A stretch of 64,000 nt of DNA, taken from assembly GCA_027492035.1 (NCBI GenBank), contig JAOZFT010000004.1, positions 512,001-576,000 on the forward strand, given 5' to 3'. Numbering within the stretch: position 1 is the first letter of the stretch; each line of letters opens with the position of its first letter. The position numbers and the translations under genes were made by a program. Positions 57,700 to 64,000 of the stretch are shown here, one piece after another. The notes under the pieces were generated by a model. The model searched no databases. It was not told the DNA's origin and saw only the letters and a list, made by a program, of their open reading frames with translations. This stretch comes from Thermoproteota archaeon (GTDB taxonomy: Archaea; Korarchaeota; JAOZGF01; JAOZFZ01).

Positions 57700-58907
57700 A
57701 AGAAATGCCTTTTTCAGCAAGTATAGATTACGTTTTAGCAACTGTTATTTTGATGCTGATTATTTACCCCTTCCTAATGATTTCAATGGATAATGTAATG
57801 ATGCGTACAGTTAAAGTGAACAGTAAAGTTTCACTTTACCAAGAAGCAAACATTTTCCTTGATAACATGCTCCTATCCTACGGTTCACCAATAAACTGGT
57901 ACTTAAGCCAGAATCACAGCTTCAGTTACCCTATAGCTTTCGGTTTAGCTAAAACAAATGCTTCAAGCTACATATTAAGCCCTTTCAAAACAATGAGAAT
58001 AACACCTACTCAGCAAGTTGACTTAACAGGTCAACCAAGCGGTTTAGGAGTTGTTGAAGCCCTTTTTTACGACCCAACCACAAATTTTACATGTGTAGCC
58101 CCCACTTACTACTATGTACCGTACAGCTTTGTTTTAAACAATACAGGACTTGAAAATGCAGGTTTCAAGCTTGTTTTCACTCCTTTATTAGAAGTTTATA
58201 TGTTAACGCCTCAAGTAAGTGGAGGAAACATAATTTTCCCCCTTAAAATCACTAATGATAACGAACCGGTTCCAGAAGCCTCAATTAAAGGTTTCCTTTT
58301 CTATTTAAAAGACGAAAATGCTTCAATTTACCATAAATTTAACACCTCCCAAACAAATTATAAAGGGGAAGCATTCCTCACCTTCAACTATTTGCCACCT
58401 AAAGAATACCTCCTCCTAGTTGCGGTTTTAAGCGGTGATGAAGCAAACTACTGGTACTATTACCAAAGAGATTCCAACCTTTCATTTATTCAAACAGAAA
58501 TAGAAACCAGTAACCAAATCAAAGTTGTTAACAACAGAGGCCAAAACCTCAACTTCACAGTAATGCAGGTTTTGATTTCTAAAGATTCCCCTAAAGCATT
58601 TGTCCCCAGTACAATCGTTGAAAATGAGGAATTGGTAAGTGGGGATGGAGAAACAGTGAATTTAACTATTTCACAATCATATCTCTTATTAGCTGCAAAG
58701 GAGCTCAGTGGAGAAAAGGAAGGACACATTTACCTCCTCCCTTTTGGGCTGTTTGCAGGCGAAATCAAGCAGACACCACAAAGAACAGAATACCCCTATG
58801 GTGGAAACATATTACAGAGCCTAGAAACAATTACAGCCCAAAGAAACATAAGGGTGGGCGATATATCCTATAGAGTGAATTTTTACTTTTGGCCCCTAAG
58901 CAGGTGA
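57696..58907 (+). CDS. minor pilin-like protein
   Basis: SIDYVLATVILM N-helix, LLSYGSPINW and FGLA motifs as in archaeal T4P-locus minor components. Confidence 0.7.
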   Translation: MKEMPFSASIDYVLATVILMLIIYPFLMISMDNVMMRTVKVNSKVSLYQEANIFLDNMLLSYGSPINWYLSQNHSFSYPIAFGLAKTNASSYILSPFKTMRITPTQQVDLTGQPSGLGVVEALFYDPTTNFTCVAPTYYYVPYSFVLNNTGLENAGFKLVFTPLLEVYMLTPQVSGGNIIFPLKITNDNEPVPEASIKGFLFYLKDENASIYHKFNTSQTNYKGEAFLTFNYLPPKEYLLLVAVLSGDEANYWYYYQRDSNLSFIQTEIETSNQIKVVNNRGQNLNFTVMQVLISKDSPKAFVPSTIVENEELVSGDGETVNLTISQSYLLLAAKELSGEKEGHIYLLPFGLFAGEIKQTPQRTEYPYGGNILQSLETITAQRNIRVGDISYRVNFYFWPLSR

Positions 58908-58916
58908 AGGAGAGAA

Positions 58917-60296
58917 ATGAAGAAAAACTTCAAGGAAATTTTCAAGAAAAGGAAAGGATGGCTTAGAACATTTGAACTCATATTGGCAGTGCCTATTGTA
59001 GCCTTTATAGTCTTATTTGCCGCCTACCTGGCACCAACCCCTTCACCTCAACAATACACTACGGTTCAACTTAAAGGGTTCGCCCTCAGCACACTTTCAA
59101 AATTAAACCAAAGAGGATACTTAACCCACGCAGTATATAATGAAGATTGGTTAGGATTAAAAAAGGAACTAGACACCTCCTTCCCTCCAAACATAATATA
59201 TAACTTCACAGTTTACAGGTACCAAGAAATAAATAAAACAGTGAGGCTTGGAGAAAAAATTAAAGAAGTGAGACTTGTAAAGGTAGGGCAAATCACCAAC
59301 TTTAAGGGTGTAAATAAACCTAAATGGGCTGAATCAGTGAATTACCATGTGTCAACCGCCCAAGTCACCTTCACGGTTGAGACGCAGAAATTAAACAAAA
59401 CAATTTATTTACTAGGTTGCACAGATGCTCCAGGATGGTGGATAACCGGTTATACTCCACACTCTTTAGCAATCCTAATGAAAAATTACTTAGACCCCTA
59501 CTTCACAAACGTGACAATAATAAATGACACAGATCAACTTGAAAACCTGTTTTTAAACCCACCAAACGGAACAATAATTATTAACTGCCACGGAGTAGCT
59601 GTGCCAATTCCTTCAAACTATGTTTCAGGAAATCTTCCAAACTGGCAAAGCTATATGCAAGATATTCGTGCAGGGATCATAAACCATAATTGGACATGGA
59701 TGAACATAGTAGGTTACCCATTCACCTATGTTTCAAACAGAAACTATGATAACTGTAACGACTGGGTTTGTGTCTGGGGGTGGATTGTTCAGCTTCTTAC
59801 AGGAGGAGATATTAGTGGTGAATGGGACTGTCAGTGCTGGACTTGGTGGGGAGTAACCGGGTTGTACGGTATAGGTCCCCCAGGATTAAGTATAGTAGTG
59901 ACCGGTTCATCCTCAACAGATAGCAGAATAAGTGACATAGGGGTTGTTAATGCAACCCAACTTGGTTTAGAGACAATGAACACTTACGGTATCCAGTACT
60001 CTCCTAACCAGTCCTTTTCAAGAGCTCTTGACCGTTCATGGATGGAAAGCAATGGTTGGCAGGTTCAACTTGAAACCTTTGAAGAAAGAAACGGTTATTG
60101 TTCAGCTGCGGTTTTCAACAGAAGCAACAGCAGCGGAAAACTAATAAACATCGGGTTATCAAGGCCTCCAGAACCAAGGGTTCCAGTTGTTACATTGCTT
60201 GCTTTAACCCATCCTAAACTTGAGCAAAGGATAGCTTCCATTGAGCAAGATTTAAGAGTTATTGTTTTGCAACTTACATATATTAGTGGTGGTTAA
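58917..60296 (+). CDS. minor pilin-like protein with class III signal peptide
   Basis: KKRKG/WLRTFELILA site; Cys/Trp-rich internal segment. Confidence 0.72.
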   Translation: MKKNFKEIFKKRKGWLRTFELILAVPIVAFIVLFAAYLAPTPSPQQYTTVQLKGFALSTLSKLNQRGYLTHAVYNEDWLGLKKELDTSFPPNIIYNFTVYRYQEINKTVRLGEKIKEVRLVKVGQITNFKGVNKPKWAESVNYHVSTAQVTFTVETQKLNKTIYLLGCTDAPGWWITGYTPHSLAILMKNYLDPYFTNVTIINDTDQLENLFLNPPNGTIIINCHGVAVPIPSNYVSGNLPNWQSYMQDIRAGIINHNWTWMNIVGYPFTYVSNRNYDNCNDWVCVWGWIVQLLTGGDISGEWDCQCWTWWGVTGLYGIGPPGLSIVVTGSSSTDSRISDIGVVNATQLGLETMNTYGIQYSPNQSFSRALDRSWMESNGWQVQLETFEERNGYCSAAVFNRSNSSGKLINIGLSRPPEPRVPVVTLLALTHPKLEQRIASIEQDLRVIVLQLTYISGG

Positions 60297-60302
60297 AGGA
60301 AT

Positions 60303-62444
60303 ATGTTAAAGAAAAAATCTGTGCTAAAAAATGTAAAAAGGCTGCAGCATAAAATATTCAGTAGGAAAGCGCAAGTTTACATGTTAGGAATAATTCTTAT
60401 GGCATTGTTCCTCTTATCGACAGCTTTATTCCTTTATGTTAACACTTTAAGCCAAAGAGAAAGCTACTACGTCTACAGCGAAAATTTTGCTTCGTTAACC
60501 CAGTCAGTTAAAGAAGCTATTGAGAAAGTTGTTGCAGGAGCACTGGCGACGTACACAACCATTTTAGATGTTTCAGGGAACTCTTCCTTTGCAAGAATAA
60601 AGGCTGAAGAAGTTTTAAATGCGGGAATAAGGGTGCTCACGTCTTCCTTCTCCAATTACGGTCTTGAATTAAAGTATGAACCAGTAAACTGCTCTTTAGC
60701 AGATGAGGAACATCCTTACAGAAAAATAACCAGTGACGAAGTTTTTAAGGCCTACTGGTTCTACCCTGACAGTATTTCAGGTGTAGGAATAAGGTTTAGT
60801 TTTAATCTAACTGAAGTAGGGCTGTATAATTACAAAGTTTCAGGCCACGGCTCAGCATATTTTTCATTAAAAGTTAAGGTTCTGGAATCGAAAAGAAACA
60901 TTGTAAAAATATCGGTTACTGGAGAGGGGAATGTACCGGTTCTTAACCTGGATGAAACCATGATAAAATTATTTATCTATAACGGCTCAGTAAGAGAATG
61001 GGTGGAGGAAACACCGGAAATAGTTACAATTTTCCAAAACGGAACTTACATTCTTAACCATACAATACCTCCAAACTTCCATTTACCAACTATAAGTGGC
61101 GGGGTTGTACCAATAGCTTTAAAGGTTAGAGATCACAGGGGAGTAATAGTTAACGCTTTCGCTGTTCCAAGTTACACATACTCCCTTAGCATTAACCAGC
61201 CATACAATGGAAGAGACCCAAGTAAGGCTGTTTATGAAGTAGAGGTGCAAAATGATGGTGTGTGGCGTTTCTTGGGTCAAGAACTTGAATCCAGTAACTG
61301 CGACTACGGCCCAGTTCCGCCCTTGCCTGTGAGGTTGTTAAGAGTAAACGCCTCAAATGAAGTTATTCCTTTCCAAGTTGAGGACTGGAACAGCAACTTA
61401 ACAATTCCTTTAGGGTTATCTAACCCACATACTCATTTCCAAAAATCTAATAAGTTAGTGTTTCTCCTCAATTCAACTTTCAACACCGTAAAAATTTGGT
61501 GGAGTGACGACATGGACGCTGAACAAATAATAAACAAAACAGACCTGCAATATGACCCTGCAACGCGTTGGCACAGCAACACCTACTACAAAGGAAGAAT
61601 GGAAAAGTTGACAGTGCTTGGTTTTGATTTCCCAATTCCTCAATTAGCTCTTCAACATGCAGGGCATGAAGATGAATACATATTTGGAACTATAAACTCT
61701 CTCCCTCCATTCGGCTGGGCATCTTATTCAGACCCTGTCACTAACTGCCAAGCAAGGAACATGCTTTCGGTAGAAATGGAGTATCAATGGCAAACTTTAT
61801 TCTCATCTACACCTGATACATATGTTTTACTCATTGTTACTTTTCCAGCGCATGCAAAATACGCAACTTTCACGCTTCACTTAATAACTGATCGAGTGAC
61901 AGCTAAATCCATTTCTAACTTTGAAGTTTTGCGGTCATATAGAACATTTGCCCATTTCGCGGTTCAAGCGCATGATGATAACCAGTTCCAAGGATGTGGC
62001 TGTCTCCTTTGCCCTCCTCCCTACAAATTCTGTAATGATACTTCATGCAATATACACTGCTGTTGCCTCTGGTTTATAAGGTGCCTAGAATGGTGTGACT
62101 ACAATCAAGACAATGGTGAACATCATTGGTTAGCTCGATGGAATGACGATTTTGGTACAGGTTTAATGCTTACAACTAAAAATCTTGAACAACTCTATAA
62201 CTTCAGTTCAAGGGGGGGCATAATAATTGGTTTACTTAACGCATTATACTTAAAACCTGTCGACAATACTTTACTTTCCTCCTGCACTACAGGAAATTGG
62301 GTTTTAAGTGCTAATGGAAAATACGAAGTTTACACTTGGCAAGGGTTAATATGGATTTATGGAGGGGGCAGTTACCAAGAAATAGAGGATTACAGTGTAA
62401 TGGTGAGGGAGCCGCCAGAAATCTTAAGCATTTCTTCAACCTAA
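60303..62444 (+). CDS. large pilin/adhesin-like protein with class III signal peptide and Cys-rich insert
   Basis: SRKA/QVYMLGIILM site; IPFQVEDW motif; 10-Cys segment. Confidence 0.72.
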   Translation: MLKKKSVLKNVKRLQHKIFSRKAQVYMLGIILMALFLLSTALFLYVNTLSQRESYYVYSENFASLTQSVKEAIEKVVAGALATYTTILDVSGNSSFARIKAEEVLNAGIRVLTSSFSNYGLELKYEPVNCSLADEEHPYRKITSDEVFKAYWFYPDSISGVGIRFSFNLTEVGLYNYKVSGHGSAYFSLKVKVLESKRNIVKISVTGEGNVPVLNLDETMIKLFIYNGSVREWVEETPEIVTIFQNGTYILNHTIPPNFHLPTISGGVVPIALKVRDHRGVIVNAFAVPSYTYSLSINQPYNGRDPSKAVYEVEVQNDGVWRFLGQELESSNCDYGPVPPLPVRLLRVNASNEVIPFQVEDWNSNLTIPLGLSNPHTHFQKSNKLVFLLNSTFNTVKIWWSDDMDAEQIINKTDLQYDPATRWHSNTYYKGRMEKLTVLGFDFPIPQLALQHAGHEDEYIFGTINSLPPFGWASYSDPVTNCQARNMLSVEMEYQWQTLFSSTPDTYVLLIVTFPAHAKYATFTLHLITDRVTAKSISNFEVLRSYRTFAHFAVQAHDDNQFQGCGCLLCPPPYKFCNDTSCNIHCCCLWFIRCLEWCDYNQDNGEHHWLARWNDDFGTGLMLTTKNLEQLYNFSSRGGIIIGLLNALYLKPVDNTLLSSCTTGNWVLSANGKYEVYTWQGLIWIYGGGSYQEIEDYSVMVREPPEILSISST

Positions 62445-62916
62445 AATTTTCAAATTCTTCCCATTAGCTTTCTTTTCTCACTACATCCTCTGCAAAAATG
62501 TTGAAGTGGAGGATTCTTTTTGTTTAAAAATAAAAGAAGTTTATTTATTGAGAAAACCCATTTATTTTTTATAGTTTAAGATTTTTTGTTGAAATTCCTG
62601 CATCTTCCAGTTTTTTAAACAAAGTTTAATAATTAAAACATCCTTTTTTTAGGAATTTAAACTGTTACTTTGTTCCTTTATGTTTCCAGATATTACCTTT
62701 ACTTTTCAAAGTTAAGTTTGGAAACGGAGAATTCAGGTAGATTCCTTTTAGCTGCGTTGTTCTTGAAATTGTGAAGATGGAAATTGCTGAGAAGTAAAAT
62801 GGTGAAGGTAAAGTTAAATGAAAGAGTTGAATTTTTAATAGGATATAGAAAGGTTGAAAAACTTATTTTTTTAGGATTCGTTTCATTTCTCTTCTTTTCT
62901 GTCTTTAAAGGGTGCT

Positions 62917-63906
62917 ATGTACATGAAAAACTTTGAAAAGTTAAGGGTATTATTTAGTTATTTATCTGCTAAAATCTATGGGAGAAAAGTTTGTGCTTCT
63001 CACGTTAAGGATGTTGACGGAATAGTTAGTGCCTCCATTCTTTACTCTAAATTTAAAAACCCAATTATTTTCCTTTTAGAAACTTATGAAGTTGGGGACC
63101 GGTTTCTTAACTTGTTGAAATGGGACGTAGTTGTTGATTTGCCTCCTTTTAAAAAAATGAAGTTTTACGTTGATCATCATGCCTCCAATTCCCTTTTCAA
63201 AGCTGAAAAATCAGTTTATAACCCTTCAGCTAAATGTGCAGCTGAACTTTTGTTTGAGGCATTGAAGCCTCTGTCTCATGAAGAAATATTGAGGGAAGCT
63301 GTTGAATTAGCTAAGAGAACTGACAGTGCAAGTTACTTGTCAGATCCGCCATTAATTGACACTGTTAATGATTACGATGAAGCGTGGGATTTAAACGATG
63401 CAGTGAAGGGTTTAAACAAAGAAGAAAGGCTTGATTTAGCTAAAAAAATTGTCTCTGAAGGATTAAAAGCTTTAAATGATGAAAAAATTCAGGAAGCAAT
63501 AAGGAAAGTTAGAAAAGTGAGAACTAGAACTTACAGCTTCGCTGAACAAATTCCTTCCTCGGAATTCCTTATCTTAACCTCTAAAAACACCTTTTCCGAA
63601 GAAAAAATCTCTTTTTCAGCAATTCCCTTCATCCTTTTCAAGAAAGGGGTTAAAGTTGTTCTTATTTGTAGTCTCAATAAAGGAAACGGGAAAGTTAAGT
63701 GTTCAATCAATAGGCAACCCTGTTTTAAAGGGGTTTCAGTTAGAGGTTTCGCTGAAAAACATGGGGGAGGTGGACATGACGCTGCAAGCGGTTTCATGAC
63801 TTCTCTTCCACTAGAAAAAATAATTGAAGATGCTTTTAAATGGGCTGAACAGAAAAAACTAAAAACTAAACATGTAAATTTAAACACGCTTTATCCTAAA
63901 AATTAA
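62917..63906 (+). CDS. DHH/DHHA1 family phosphoesterase
   Basis: H..DVDG..SA, VVDL, VDHH, GGGGHDAASG. Confidence 0.9.
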   Translation: MYMKNFEKLRVLFSYLSAKIYGRKVCASHVKDVDGIVSASILYSKFKNPIIFLLETYEVGDRFLNLLKWDVVVDLPPFKKMKFYVDHHASNSLFKAEKSVYNPSAKCAAELLFEALKPLSHEEILREAVELAKRTDSASYLSDPPLIDTVNDYDEAWDLNDAVKGLNKEERLDLAKKIVSEGLKALNDEKIQEAIRKVRKVRTRTYSFAEQIPSSEFLILTSKNTFSEEKISFSAIPFILFKKGVKVVLICSLNKGNGKVKCSINRQPCFKGVSVRGFAEKHGGGGHDAASGFMTSLPLEKIIEDAFKWAEQKKLKTKHVNLNTLYPKN

Positions 63907-63954
63907 ACATGGTTTTTAGGCAAATTCTTTTTCTTTTTGTAGGTGGCGAGAAAT

Positions 63955-64000
63955 ATGGAAGATTTAGCCTCAAAAATTATTGAACTAGGTTTAGAGAAAG
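63955..64000 (+). CDS. 5' end of a CDS, possibly TldD/PmbA family
   Basis: AGGTGG RBS-like element then MEDLASKIIELGLEK; only 15 codons visible. Confidence 0.4.
   Translation, partial: MEDLASKIIELGLEK

Noticed and set aside
59754-62096. Diversity-generating retroelement targets for the Cys/Trp-rich segments
   Set aside because: No reverse transcriptase and no template/variable repeat pair seen in the window
56268-62444. Multiheme cytochrome nanowire or archaellum interpretation of the pilus locus
   Set aside because: No CxxCH motifs, no archaellin-type N-termini and no ArlH/ArlF/ArlG genes
607-63887. Numerous antisense or overlapping ORFs in the track (e.g. 1654-2181, 13009-13584, 31992-32438, 48528-48974, 63531-63887)
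   Set aside because: They are shadows of well-supported genes on the opposite strand, with Ser/Phe/Leu-rich composition and no motifs
1-64000. CRISPR array, tRNA or rRNA genes
   Set aside because: No regularly spaced direct repeats and no GC-rich structured islands seen by eye; a covariance-model scan would be needed to exclude small RNAs

Overview
AT-rich (roughly one-third GC by eye), gene-dense chromosomal segment of an archaeon, probably thermophilic and anaerobic. Archaeal markers include Taw1, archaemetzincin, four-subunit POR, AOR and class III signal peptides. The gene set fits TACK/Bathyarchaeia- or Asgard-like lineages, but the lineage cannot be fixed from this window. Most of it is housekeeping and metabolism: upp, rlmE, ino1, porGDAB, thg1, mvk, moaACE with a ModE-like regulator and AOR, taw1, sucCD, a ttuA/ncsA-like gene, a hisC-like gene, an FGGY kinase, ppdK and two ABC exporters. 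I saw no tRNA, rRNA, CRISPR array or intact mobile element. Unusual items: (1) a ~11.7 kb type IV pilus-like locus preceded by a tandem V4R protein, whose ATPase carries a C-terminal winged helix and whose pilin-like proteins carry Cys/Trp-rich inserts (10 Cys in 34 aa in one); (2) a solitary wHTH-CARF protein with reversed Csa3 domain order and no cas genes nearby; (3) a CBS-HPF/RaiA ribosome-hibernation-like fusion; (4) an AglB/STT3-like protein lacking WWDYG; (5) a divergent RNase HII/HIII-like protein; (6) a split or frameshifted ModE, a MoaD/SAMP with a blocked di-Gly, a frameshifted CARDB pseudogene and several operator-like palindromes. All family calls come from motif recognition by eye, not database searches.
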